Part shown: positions 25,838-39,819 of the stretch, one piece after another
Numbering within the stretch: position 1 is the stretch's first letter
How the letters are laid out: every line of letters starts with the position of its first letter
From: Octopus sinensis
Lineage: Eukaryota
Direction: 5' to 3'
Length of the DNA stretch: 64,000 nucleotides
NCBI RefSeq assembly: GCF_006345805.1
Contig: NC_043004.1
Location: 94,984,001-95,048,000, forward strand
Notes under the pieces: generated by a model
What the model was told of the DNA's origin: nothing
Seen by the model: only the letters and a program-made list of their open reading frames with translations
Databases searched by the model: none
Program-made: the position numbers and the translations under genes

Positions 25838-26340
25838 AGACAGCACCGAAAGCCGGGAAATGCAGCTTGGAAGCTACCTCTTAAAAACAGATTTAGTCGC
25901 AGATCATTACTGATTTCATGGATAGCGTACATAGCACACTTTCCAATCATCAGTGCAAACATAATCAGAACACTTAAAAATGAACATCTGTACATACCAA
26001 GCGAACAGCAAACGTATCGTATTCAACATAGTGTATACAAATGCTCTCACTTATATATCCATGTAAAAAGCGGGCTTCTCAAATTACATTTCGGTACACG
26101 TGTATAGTCGGAATAATTCAGCACTGAATATATTCCGGTTTGATTTTAAATAATATATAAGGATGAAATCTATACAAGAATTTATCAAGTAGCCAGCATG
26201 AAAATCCGATCCAAGAAAAAATTAATACAAAATGCATAATTTTTCCCGCTTTCGGTGCGGTGTAGATTTATTATAGTAGTTCGATTTCAGAGTACCATTA
26301 CAGCGTGAGGCATTTACGTGTAGTAATAGCCCTTAATATA

Positions 26341-26401
<61 letters not shown>

Positions 26402-26454
26402 TATGTGTGTGTGAGCATATATATGTGTGTATCTGTACGTATATATTTGTGTGT

Positions 26455-27120
26455 GTGTGTCTGTTTTTGTCCCACCACCACTGCTTGACAACCGATGCTG
26501 GTGGGTTTAGATCCCTGTGACTTAGCAGTTTGGCAAAAGAGGCCGATAGAATCAGGACTAGGCCTCCAAAGAACAAGACCTGGGGTTGATTTGTTCAACT
26601 AAAATCCTTTAAGGCGGTGCTCCAGCATGGCCGCAATCATCTGAAACAAGTAAAAGAATAAAAGAATATATATAGGCGCAGGAGTGGCTGTGTGGTAAGT
26701 AGCTTGCTAACCAACCACATGGTTCCGGGTTCAGTCCCACTACGTGGCACCTTGGGCAAGTGTCTTCTGCTATAGCCCCGGGCCGACCAATGCCTTGTGA
26801 GTGGATTTGGTAGACGGAAACTGAAAGAAGCCTGTCGTATATATGTATATATATGTATATATATGTATATATGTGTATGTGTGTGTGTTTGTGTGTGTTT
26901 GTGTGTGGTGTGTGTGTGTGTTTGTCCCCCTAGCATTGCTTGACAACCGATGCTGGTGTGTTTACGTCCCCGTCACTTAGCGGTTCGGCAAAAGAGACCG
27001 ATAGAATAAGTACTGGGCTTACAAAGAATAAGTCCCGGGGTCGATTTGCTCGACTAAAGGCGGTGCTCCAGCATGGCCGCAGTCAAATGACTGAAACAAG
27101 TAAGAGTAAGAGTAAGAGTA
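26455..27120 (+). mobile_element. SINE family B tail (26455-26668) followed by a complete family B copy (26673-27120)
   Basis: Two tandem tails ending GAAACAAGTAA; full head at 26673. Confidence 0.9.
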
Positions 27121-27954
27121 TACATGTATTTGAAACCAGTACAACAGTCTAGCAAAACTAAGATCAATCATAATTTTTTACCATCGATTACTTAGATTGA
27201 CACTGTAACAACATCAGTCTGAACTGCTGGCCTTTCACCTTAAATAAGCTGGGCCGTTCTGACTATGCAAACACTGACACCGACAGCTCCTTATTTGGAT
27301 TTATCGGTATTAATTCGATCAGGTACACAACAACAAAAATGTTTATCAAATAGATAGTTTAGATTACCATTTACCAGTTAAACTACAGACCACGTGAATA
27401 TTGAGCTTAGATAGTAAACAATAATGTTCAATTGACAAAATCTAACAAGTATTCTCTTTGTCTGATACAAAGTGAATGCATGAACTAGAAATACCAATTA
27501 AATACAAAGAGCCTATTTGGCTACAATTTTTTTTTCTCTTTCAATATCGAAAGAGAATATATCTAAGTTATGTTAGAAAAGATAGAAAGAAATATACATA
27601 AATATAGAAGAAAGAGTAATAAATGCAAACATTTAGTGAAAGTATGTAAGACTCGTCCTGAGATCTTTGAGATTTGAAAATATTGCCAAAGGTTAGTACT
27701 TGTGAAAGACGACAAGTTCGCCTAACTTGGACTTACACAATAAAGGTTTCGATCTCAGTAAAACCATTTCCGTCTTTGCATGGAGAGAGCAGACATCAGA
27801 ATTAACGTTTTAGAATTCTTTGGCGTTTGAAATGTCAGCTTTACAAAAGAAAGAACAGAATTATATACAATTCTACGAAATCTTTGTGTGTTTTCTGAAG
27901 TGCATACGTATTAAGACATACGTATAGACTTGCATATATAATGTCGATTTATAA

Positions 27955-28245
<291 letters not shown>

Positions 28246-28739
28246 GTTGTGCGCATGTGTGCCTTTTAAAGATAGGCAGTGCAACAGCGTGCAAGTGCAT
28301 GCACTGTGTCGAATTCTTGAATTTTCACACTTTCCTTCCGTATTCTCTCTTTTTCTCTGTTAGTTTGTCATACACATAAAAACACACACTTTCTGTCAAT
28401 ACACACAAATTTCTGTGACAAAAGCCTTATATACAGACAAAAGTTATTCTGTCTGTGTGTGTATATATAAGCATATATACATATATACACACATACACAC
28501 TCCTGCATTATATAATGATATATACGGATAAACATATTCATATATACACATATCAACACACACACACACACACACATATATGTCTGTGTATGCATGCATA
28601 ATTTCAAAGGTTTAGTAACGTAACTAGTAACGACTGGCAAGTAAAGAAATTAAAGACGTAAAAACGTGGGAGAAAAATATTTATTAATTCTAATGATTCA
28701 TGACAAACTGAAAGGAAAATGAAAAATAGATTAGATTAA

Positions 28740-28772
28740 ATAATAATAATAATAATGATAATAATAATAATA

Positions 28773-28825
<53 letters not shown>

Positions 28826-28929
28826 GGTGGTGGTGGTGATGATGATGGTGGTGGTGATGACGATGATGATGATGGTGGTGGTGATGACGATGATGATGAT
28901 GATGATGATGGTAATGAGGATGATGATGT

Positions 28930-29003
<74 letters not shown>

Positions 29004-29228
29004 GTGATGATGATAATGATGATGGTGGTGATGATGATGATGATGATAATGATGGTGGTAGTGGTGATGATGATAATGATGATGGTGGTGGTGATGATGA
29101 TGGTGGTGGTAGTCGTGGTCCTGGTCGTGATGATGGTGATGACGGCGACGACGACAGCAACAACATCAGCAACAACAACAACAACAGCAATAAAGCTGCT
29201 GCTGCTGCTGATGATGATGATGATGAAT
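28740..29228. repeat. (TAA)n/(GAT)n/(GGT)n/(CAA)n trinucleotide field
   Basis: Direct inspection; source of the poly-M and poly-S ORFs. Confidence 0.95.
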
Positions 29229-29698
29229 AGACAATCAGTTTTAAAGGCAAAATGTGAGAAATGATAAAATTTAATTAAATATAGGCATTATCGTATTAAT
29301 GTGAAAGACTGAAAGAAAATTCTGTATTAAATTGGGGTTAATTATGAAAGGTAAAAAAAAAAGGTAAAATGGATAATGTAAATAATGAATATAAGCAATA
29401 TAGGTAAAAGAGTTTAAAAGTTTCTAAAAACAAAATAAAGTTAAATAATGTGTATATTTGGGTACAGGCGAACGTAAGAAGCGAAGATACCTGGGTACAG
29501 GTGAACGTATGAATAGAATGAATGAAAAACCGAAAATATAAAAGGTTTAAGTTAACGTGTAATGTTTAAAAATATTGAAAATTTGTTTTAAAAATCAGAT
29601 ATTCTTAAAATTGATCTGAACTATGGGTGGTTGGATTAGTGGTGAGAAATTTCACTGAGTATGAAATAAATGAAGATGTGTGTAAGTGTATAATAGTT

Positions 29699-30125
29699 CG
29701 ATCTTTTCGGTTTGAACGGCAGTTTTTAACATAATTTCTAGGTAACTAAAAAAATTTTAACTTCGTATACTGGTAGAATGTGTTTATAAAACATTTTTTC
29801 TCTTGGCTTTATTGAGAAAATTCTATAGTCTAAAATATTTGTTGTTTTTTCTTCAATTTCTGCAATTTCAACCAATCAATGACGTGTATTGAGGTAAAAA
29901 AACATTCTGTGCAGTATGAATATGTCCCTCGTTTAAGAAACAGATTGGGTTTATTTACATTTGTGAAGAAAAAAAGATACCTTTCCCCCACCCTAACCCT
30001 AACCCTAACTAACCCTAACCCTAAAACACATTGAAATGCAATAGATCGATACTTGGGTCATAATTATGGGTGACAACTTCATATGACACCGCTAGAAAAA
30101 ACTGCCGTTCAAACCGAAAAGATCC
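29699..30125 (-). mobile_element. TTAGGG-containing MITE, copy 2
   Basis: Reverse complement of 23067-23482; perfect TSD TAATAGTT at 29691-29698 and 30126-30133. Confidence 0.92.
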
Positions 30126-30214
30126 TAATAGTTGCGCAGATTAAGTTTAATGAATAATAGACTTGAAATGTAAAAATAAAATAAAAGGTGTTGCTTTCCT
30201 ATCTATATATGCAA

Positions 30215-30265
<51 letters not shown>

Positions 30266-30359
30266 GTGGCGCTCCGTCTGTTACGACGACGGGAGTAACA
30301 GTTGATCCAATCAACGGAACAGCCTGCTCATGAAATTAACGTGCAAGTGACTCAGCACT

Positions 30360-30780
30360 TAGTAGATAAAGCAATTAAGAATATGAGGACAGGGAAAGCC
30401 CCCTCACTCTTCAGAGGTCACCACTGAGATGCTTAAAATATCTGACAGAGTGAGATATGGTTAAGTCACCTGGATAGTTAATCAGGTTGTACAGGAGGGA
30501 GTCAGCCCCAATGATTGATGTAGCAATACCATAGTCAAGGTAAAAGTGATGCCTTAGACAGAAATAAATGCAGAGGTATCAAGTTGGTGGACCAGAACAT
30601 TAAAATTACAGAGGGTGTTATAGTTCAATTAATTAGGAAGGGAGTTAGCTTTCTTCTGCTGTGGTATCAGAGCAAGATTAACAAAGAAAGAAGTTTTTGT
30701 GTGTGGCAGATGTGCGGGTACAATAAGAATGTACAGAGAAATAATTTCCTTAAATCCTAGGAGAATTCTTAGAAGTAGTG
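30360..30780 (+). mobile_element. RTE-clade LINE fragments between two SINE family D tail pieces
   Basis: VDKAIKNMRTGKA..EMLKIS..VNQVVQEG..KGKSDALDRNKCRGIKLVD, then CGIRARLTKKEVFVCGRCAG after a deletion. Flanked by family D tail sequence at ~30263-30359 and ~30781-30990. Confidence 0.75.
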
Positions 30781-31245
30781 GCACTCTATCGGTTATGATG
30801 ATGAAGGTTTCAGGTGATCCAATCAACAGAACAGCTTGCTCGTAAAATTAACATGCAAGTGGCTGAGCACTCCACAGACACGTGTACCCTTAACGTAGCA
30901 CTCGGGGAGATTCAGTGTGACGCAGTGTGTGACAAGGCCGGCCCTTTGAAATACAGGTATAACAGAAACAGGAAGACAGAGAGAAAGTTGGGGTAAGGTA
31001 CCTTAGATTATCCTTTTCGAGCAATCAGCTGAACCAATGAATTCGTAATAAATATGCAGTCACTTGAATTGAATTCTCTTCTGTTTTACCGTCCATCCTT
31101 CCAGCCATCCTTCTATTAAAATGTGCACGTTCATATGTCTTCCATTTTATACACTCTCACTCTGCAACTACCCTGATCACATCACCTCTTCTAATCGTCA
31201 AGAAGCGGCAGATACCTGGGACCTATTTCTGAATAAGCTCTAGAG

Positions 31246-31466
31246 CAGGGATTCTCAACCATTTTTTTTTATCTACGGACCCTTTGATTACTATTTTATT
31301 CTGGTGGATCCTCAGTATCTTTATTTTAATTTCCTCTAGAGGAACTATTATCTTCTTAGTTCCATTTTAATATATCGCTGTAAGCATGATAAATCTACTG
31401 CTTACCTATGTGGATACAAGTGACTGCATACGTATATTTTATATGTATATATATATGTATATATTT

Positions 31467-31522
<56 letters not shown>

Positions 31523-31603
31523 TATATACATATAAAATATACGTATGCAGTATACACACCTACATACACACTGCATACGTATATTTTATATGTATATTAT
31601 ATA

Positions 31604-31642
<39 letters not shown>

Positions 31643-31985
31643 TATATACATATAAAATATACGTATGCAGTGTGTATGTAGGTGTGTATGTATGTATATA
31701 TGTGTGTGTGTAATATACATCAAATATATATGTAGAAATTATATAATTGTGTATAATAAAAGCTTCTTTGAACATGCCTATTTTCTTTTTCAAACATTAT
31801 GTTGTGTAGGTTGAACTATGTAAAATGTTACAGAAAGATGACTAGCTGATTCTTGCAATACATACCAATGCATACACCGTCAGTAAAATATTTTTCAGGG
31901 TTCCTTCAAATACATTTGTGGATCCCCAATTTACTATTTTGTCGCGTAGATCCCCCCAAATATCAAATGAACCCTCAGGGGTCTG
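31246..31985 (+). mobile_element. hAT/Charlie-like MITE interrupted by an inverted copy of 41697-42024
   Basis: Starts CAGGGATTCTCAACC directly after CTCTAGAG (NTCTAGAN is a typical Charlie target); MITE-like sequence appears to resume at ~31755; right TIR not found. Confidence 0.6.
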
Positions 31986-32541
31986 GGCTATTGCCCTACA
32001 GCTTATTGAAGACCACTGCCTTACAGCCTATTCAGACATCTTCAAATATTACTGTTGGAATATTGTACCACCTATTCTTTCATCTCAGATAGCACAATCT
32101 TAACTACCCGCCAGATAATGTTATCAAGCCACTTCACACACGCTGCTTATCTACGACTGCGCATACTGCTTAGGTAGACTTTATTCTGCGCTCAACATGC
32201 TAGAAGTAGCAGTCGAATTCTCTCAAATCAGAATCCAACAGTCTTTAGCAAGAGGACGCATTTGCATTTATACATCTGCCTTATGCATCATTCTTTTCTA
32301 AGCTTTAATTTCCTACTTGTCTGTCTATTTATCGATATATATATATATATACATATATGTATATATATATATATACATATATATTTAAAATTAAGGATAA
32401 AATCTTTATAAGAAATTATCAGTAGTTAGCGGGAAAAACCTCGTAAGAGAAAAAATCTGTAAATTTTTCCACTTGGAAAATATTTAATTTTAGTAGTTTT
32501 GACTGCAAGAGTCCTTCCTAGCGTGCGGTGCCTATGAATAA

Positions 32542-32581
<40 letters not shown>

Positions 32582-32589
32582 ATATATAT

Positions 32590-32796
32590 ATATATAGAAA
32601 ATAGTAAAGAGTGAAAAAACGACAGTAGGCTTAAATGTTAAAAAATATATATATTTGCGTCAATATGTCTGAAGAATATTAGAAAATTTTTTTTTTTAAT
32701 TTTCTAATATTCTTCAGACATATTGACGCAAATATATATATGTTTTAACATTTAAGCCTTCTGTCGTTTTTTCACTCTTTACTATTTTCTATATAT
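32590..32796. repeat. Near-perfect palindrome: 99-bp arms, 9-nt T spacer
   Basis: 32590-32688 versus the reverse complement of 32698-32796 shows 2 mismatches. Confidence 0.95.
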
Positions 32797-33047
32797 TCAC
32801 CCACGTGCTTTCACAAACCAACTTTCTTATATATATATATGTATATATATACGTTTAAATATTTGTTGTGACGAAAGAACTCTGGCCGAAATAAGATTAA
32901 GATTAATGTAAAAAATAAATATCACTGAAGCAAAATAACACCAAATATATAGTGCGTGTGTTTTTAGTGGCTAAACTGACAATATGACCATTGCGAAATA
33001 TAACAATATGTATATATTTATATACATATATGTATATATATAATATA

Positions 33048-33105
<58 letters not shown>

Positions 33106-33127
33106 TATATATATATGTATATATATA

Positions 33128-33190
<63 letters not shown>

Positions 33191-33193
<3 letters not shown>

Positions 33194-33352
33194 TTGGAAT
33201 TTACAAAACAAAAACAAGAGACGAAGTCAGGTGTATAGACAAAAAACAGGTTTATTAGTTTAACGCTTGGGAAGGTGAGAAAGTTTTTACGCTTCGAACT
33301 CTCGCTCTTCAACAGAAAGGAACACGAGAAAATGAACAGAGATAGGATAAAG
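33191..33352 (-). mobile_element. Penelope-like end with hammerhead-like motif
   Basis: Homologous to 53121-53280 and partly to 48570-48630; minus strand CTTT CTGTTGA A GAGC GAGA GTTC GAAG CGTA AAAA. Confidence 0.55.
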
Positions 33353-34003
33353 AAAAAGCTAAAATCCTTCAAGCTGGTGATTCGGCATGGCCGCAGTCAA
33401 ATGAGTCAAACAAATAAAAGAATATTATAATAATGTAAAAAAAATTCCCATTATCTCATGATGACATTGAAGGTTGAGTGACAATATACCAACACATAAG
33501 GATGGACTCCGTGAAAAGCCACTTCAAAATAAATTCAGGTTATATGTTCAAATACATATATATTCAGTTTATTTCTGTGTTATTCATTTAGTTATTAAAC
33601 TCATGAAGACCTTATGAAGCAAATGTTAATATTCCAACTCACGATGTTTTTGTAGTAACGCGTTAAGCTGAACCTAATACAGTAGTTAGCTAACACGTAG
33701 ACCTAATACTGGTCTAAATTTGCATATATATGGTCCATGATCTGATTTTTAGAAAAACGTTTACTAGAACTGCATTGGTAATATAACATATACGCTTACA
33801 TGCATAGATAAACACACATGCACATCACAGAGAAAATATGGAACAACGTTCTGTGTGCTCTAACATCAAAATGTAATGTTGTCAGCATTAACTTGTAATT
33901 ATTGTGTATAGATATTCGTGTATACAAATTCAAATATACACACAAGCATTCATATACCTTGAAAGAATACGTGCATACACGTAAATTCAAGGTAATCTAC
34001 ATA

Positions 34004-34035
<32 letters not shown>

Positions 34036-34092
34036 ATGTGTGTGTGTGTGTAATATACACATATAATATATAACATTATATTATTACAAAAT

Positions 34093-34226
34093 GAAGGCGG
34101 CGAGCTAGCAGAATCGTTACCGCATCGGGCAAAATGTCTAGCGGCATTTCGCTCGTCTTTACGTTCTGAGTTCAAGTTCCGCCAAGGTCGACTTTGCCTT
34201 TCATCCTTTTGGGGTTGATAAATTAC
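34093..34226 (+). mobile_element. 3'-truncated SINE family A
   Basis: Head and body only. Confidence 0.8.
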
Positions 34227-34324
34227 GAGAGCAGAAAGGATTACATAATTATAAAGTAAGCATGCTGTCAGGAACGAACGAGTATGGATTATAACATATT
34301 CTATATTTTTGTTGTTTTCAGTGT

Positions 34325-34585
34325 CTGCGTTCTTGAGCAAGACACTTTATTTCACGTTGCTCCAGTTGACTCAGCTATAGAAATGAGGTGTGACTTCACT
34401 GTTGCCAAGCTGTATCGGCCTTTGCCTTTCCCTCGGATAACACCGGTGGCGTGGAGAGGGGATAGTGGTACGCATGGGCGATTGCTGGTCTTGCATAAAC
34501 AACCCTATCCGGACTTGTGCCTGGGAGGGTAACTGTCTAGGTGCAATCACATGGCCATTTATGACCGAAGGTGAGATCTTTACTA
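34325..34585 (+). mobile_element. SINE family C, head missing
   Basis: Aligns to 10620-10870. Confidence 0.78.
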
Positions 34586-35236
34586 TTCAGTGTCTTTGTA
34601 GTCTCGAGCGGACATAGACATCTTCTTGACTTCCCACTCTTTATCCCAACAGTAATCCAGGGTGTAACGGCCGGAGACAGAGAAAGAGAGTACTGCACCA
34701 GAACTCAGTTAGTACTCGTCTTCATTTAAGTAAGCGGGAGCAATGTGATATGAAGTGCCTTGCTCAAGGATACATGCCTCCCAGCCAAAGACTGGATATT
34801 ATGACCGTGATTCGATCACACTAGGTGCCACATTTATTATCATATCATGCGCTATGTGTGTCTACACATACACACATACACACACACATATATATTCGTT
34901 ATGTGCACTAGAAGCATTAGTTTAAAATAGTAACCTGTGCATCTTAGATAAAGCAGATACATTTACTAACTTAATTAACTGCAGTATTCGCTTCAAGATA
35001 GGTGCTATATATATATATATAATATATATATATACAGAGAGAGAGATATTTGATAGTAGCATGATCTCTCGTAGAATTGGTACGCTCGACGTTTGTTCTT
35101 AATGTTGAACTATTTTCCGTTTTGACCGTAATTGTAAATGTCTAATTTGTATATAATTTACACCCAAAGTTCAACTTTTCACATTATACCTAATATTTGC
35201 GTATGCGATTGTGTGTGCATATATATCTACATATAT

Positions 35237-35347
<111 letters not shown>

Positions 35348-36708
35348 AATACAAATATGTAGATGTGTGTTTATATATGTATGTATATATGTATGCATAT
35401 ACACATGAGTGTGTGTGTATGGGGGGTGAGTATGTGTGTATTTGTGATTAGTACATGTTATGTTAGTGAGTATTTCTTTTGCGTTATCGCTTTCATCATT
35501 TGACATTCATATTTGTGAGAAATTCTGTATAGAAGAGAGACTTAGTTCAGAATTGTTCGCACTTATCTAATTTTCTTTTATGTCGTGTGATCTTGTAGAA
35601 TGTTATTGCTCCTTGTTTTGAAGCAGCAAGAAATCATTATAATTTATAGCCAATGTAACTGTTGGAGTCATGAAGTTTGCAACTTTTACATTTACAATTA
35701 AATGCGTAAATGATTATTGGCCATTATTAGTATGCTGGTGTGATTACCAGAGGCTTGTGATTAGTCATTAGTAAAGAGATTTTTAGTTTCAATGTTTTTG
35801 TAGTATGTTATTAGAGATAATTTTGCTTTCTGTTTTATGAGTTTTTGATAGTTTGTTGATTTATTTTATAGTTGATATACATTTGTTCCATTTGATTCAT
35901 TAATTCAATTCTCTTTGTGCTGTTTGTTCATTATCAATATGTGTAGTGTCTGATGTATTTATTACAGTGTATATATGTTTGTATTATTCTATGATTTGAT
36001 CTTTTTGTTTTTCCTTATTTTGTTTGCTGCTGATTAGAGCTTGTTTTATTCTGTAGACATGTTTAAGTAGTGCTTCGAGTTCAGGAGAGAAACTAAAATG
36101 CTCATATTACATTTTTGTGTCTGTTTAAACACTCACCTTTTCCGCTAAAATACAGAAATTTGTTAATGTGTTTGGCGTGGAAGAAAGAACTTGATAAATG
36201 TTATTCTTTATCGAAATGTTTATGTCTAGAAACAGAGTTATAGTATCGCCAAGAAGTTTTATTTAACTTTTCTGGATACTGAATTTAGTACGAAGTTATC
36301 TTGTTTTCTAAGTTTTCTTATTTAATTTATCAACATTTTCTGACAGGTTCATTATATATGATCCCCATAAATAGTGAACACCTTATTGTACTACCTCCTT
36401 ATGTCTGTTTTATGTTCTAGTTGGAATGTCAGAATCATTCCCACCATCACAGCCTTTTATGAAGTGACAACATCTCATGACATCAACTACTTCATCCATG
36501 TTTAGGAACAGTGAAAGTGGATTCGGGAAGTTTACTGTTCCACAGAAACTGAAAGGAACTCTAATGAAATGAAATAGGAGCAAAAAGTTTCAGTAACGCT
36601 TTTTGTTTATAGTATATTGAAAAGAAATGCTGTTCTCTGTAAACATACAATTAGATATGTACATACGCAAATGAACATGCAAACAAATACGCATACACAG
36701 GCACACAT

Positions 36709-37860
36709 GGGTGTTGTACCGAAAGTAATGTAAAACATGGACATAACTTTTGATAAACTGACATAGCTAATTTAAATTGCACATGTTGGTAAAGTGACTC
36801 TTACGCTATCGTAAGTCTTCTGCCTATATTTTCTTCATTGCAGGCGAGAAATAGATTCCATTCAGAAGCTATGTAGCATCATTGAGATTTTGATGAATGA
36901 GGGGTGCATGCTGTTTGACGTCCATAGAAGGCTACATGCTGTTTGCGGAAATGATAACAGTGACAAGAGTGATGTGTACAGATGGTTGAAGAAGTTTAAA
37001 GGAAATGAAACTAATATGTAAGACCAACATCACAGTGGGAGCTCATTAATTACAACCACTGATACGAATCGTCAGCGATTGAGCAAAGTGATATGCGTGG
37101 AAAGACGAGTCGCAATTTCGGGGTTTGCTACAGTTATTTCGATGGTGGAAAATTTGGGGTATCGGAAAATGCGCGCAAAGTGGACACCACGGCGGTTGAT
37201 ATGATACACGTTTTGAAGAAGTGAGAAGTAGAATTCTGCTCTTACCTGCCCTAAGTGTTTGAAGTAAATAAAGTATTTATCTGACCCTTTGACTGGAAAG
37301 GAAATATGAGCGTATGTAAATAGTTCGGAAATAAAAGCTGAGTACATAGAGTGGCGTTATACTTCATTTCCGAGACCTCAGAAGTTTGAGAGAGAGTGGT
37401 CACCACAGAATGCCATAGTGGCTGATTTTTTTGGGGGGAGGGGGGGATAATAAGGACGTCATTCTCCTTGAGTTTCTGAATCGTGGCAGTATCATGGACA
37501 GTATGTACCATACTGAGACACTTTAAAATCATAGAGAAGCCATTAGGTAGGAAATACCGAGGAAGAATCTGAAAACGATTCACATTCGCCATGAGAAGGT
37601 GCGACCACACACAACTTTGGTAACATGTGAGGCAAACAGTAAACTGGACTGGTCAGTCTTCCGTCGTACAACACAGATCTGGTGCCCCCTGCCCATCCCC
37701 ACCCGACTTCTATTTATTTGGTCAATTGAAGGACAATCTTCGTGGTCAATGATGCGATGACACAGACAATGTGAAAGTAAACTGTACAGAAAATGGGTAA
37801 ACTAGCACACATCGCAATTTTTTTGAAAGGGTTTAGTGTCAGTGCAAATGTATCACTTGT
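36709..37860 (+). pseudogene. Old, nearly full-length mariner transposase fossil
   Basis: HRRLHAVCGNDNSDKSDVYRWLKKFKGNETN (HTH region), LGYRKMRAKWTPRRL (WVPHEL equivalent), ILLEFLNRG, RHEKVRPHT, PDFYLFGQLKDNLRG; many stops and frameshifts. Confidence 0.82.
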
Positions 37861-38026
37861 GGTTTATGTAGTAGCTTTTGAAAGAGGAAGAGTTACTCTA
37901 CTAACATTCTACCATCTGCACGACCAATGTCAGTTAATTAAAAGCTATGCCCACTCTTGCATTTATAATTTGTCAGCATCATTCTCCTCCTCCTCCTCCT
38001 TATCATCGCCGTCATCGTCATCATCG

Positions 38027-38057
<31 letters not shown>

Positions 38058-39819
38058 TGGCATCATCATCGTCGTCGAAATCATAATTATTAAGCTAAAT
38101 GTCTTGAACCGTGAATTTGAGTTCCAGGATTCTAATTACACAAACGATCGAACTGGGGAAGTAAGCTGACGATAGGAAACGCTTTGCAAATTTCATCTAT
38201 TCAATTACCACGCACAGAACGAATATCCTGCGCACAGAAATTGAACTGCTGTAAGTGTAACGAATTTCAGACCAAAATACTCTGTATTTATGGCTAATCA
38301 TATTTTACCGCATTTGCAAATATATCTGCTTACTTATTGTCACGCAGCTTCCTTACTTGAATACTTAATGCGCCTATGTTTGGCATGGAAGATATAAAAA
38401 TCAGAAAAGAATGTCTAGGATCAGTTTTGGAGTTCACTTAACGTTAGTCCTATATCTTAGTGAACTGCTCTTGAGATTCAATAATAGATTTATTTATCTT
38501 CAATAATAGAGTTATTTCTCTTCTGAGGTTGTTCAGGGACATTCAGTAGTCCATATGGTTTTTTCGTCAGGACCATACAATAATATATTGGCCCGATGCA
38601 GAGAAAATAAATATGTTTTATAATAAAATAAAAGGAATACTTCAGAAATTTCCGTTTTGGAACTGAAGTAGGAATTCTTGGGGTTTTCAACACATGTGTT
38701 GATGAAAATCTTACGAGATGAAACAATCGAAACCAAACTAAAACAGTTTACTCTCACGATAAATGTGCATAGAACTGAATTTCACTGTAGATGTGTGTGT
38801 GTGTACATATATGTATGTATAATGTATATATAGATAAATTATCTAGCTGTAAGGACCTACACAATGCAAATAAATATTTATAAAATAGCTATGTAAATAT
38901 GTGTAGGTAAACATTTAAATATACTGCAGAACAACACAATCTATTCTAAAAGATATTAAAACAAATATTCAATTAAAGTTGGGCTATATATTAATTAATA
39001 TGTCGCACGTCTAGTTTCATGATAAATTGGGAATATAAGATAAATATTAAACATATGCTACGTATAGTAATTTCGGTCATTGTAATTTATGTAAGGTCTG
39101 ACAAAAGCAGACGACAGTTTTGTATAGATTGATAGGGAAGATTTAGGATGAAAAAATTAAACAAGTGGATTGCATTTACGATTTGTTTGTGAGTAGATAA
39201 TTATTGATAATAAACATTTCGAGGAATTAATATCTTATTGAAGAATCTGTTAAATATTCTAGCTATATTTTTTACTATATATAATGCTCAGTCATTTCTC
39301 TATATACAAATGGTTTTGCTCAGAAATCTTTCTATATTGCGGCGTGCAGTTAGGCATTTAAATTGTAAATCTACCAATTTTATTTATTTATTTCCTGCAT
39401 TTTCCTTTATACGTTTTCCTTTCAGAGTGACTGAGGAAAGGAAACCTACAAACACATAAAACGGACGGGTGACTCAGTATTTTTATATCAAAATAATCAT
39501 TGGAAGATGAAATAACTTGAATTAATACTCCGAGTTTTACGATATCGATCTTCGACGGATTTTGAAAACTTTAGTATAACTTATATACATTTATTATTTA
39601 AAATGCTTAAAGGAGGTTTTGGATAGGAAGGTGATTACTGGCTGACTAATAGAAAGAAACAAGAATAATATTATTGACTGAATTGATATAACGAATAAAT
39701 ATTGACTGAAAGTTGTAAATAACTTCTAAGCACTAGTGCTGTAAAAGTCATTTGTGCAAGGAAATAATACGACAGTTGCAAACAAAATTAAATGACTGAA
39801 GAATAAATATAATATAATA

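Noticed and set aside
38533-38757. NILLYGP as the start of a Walker A motif
   Set aside because: No GxxGxGK(T/S) follows, the frame stops soon after, and splice support is lacking.
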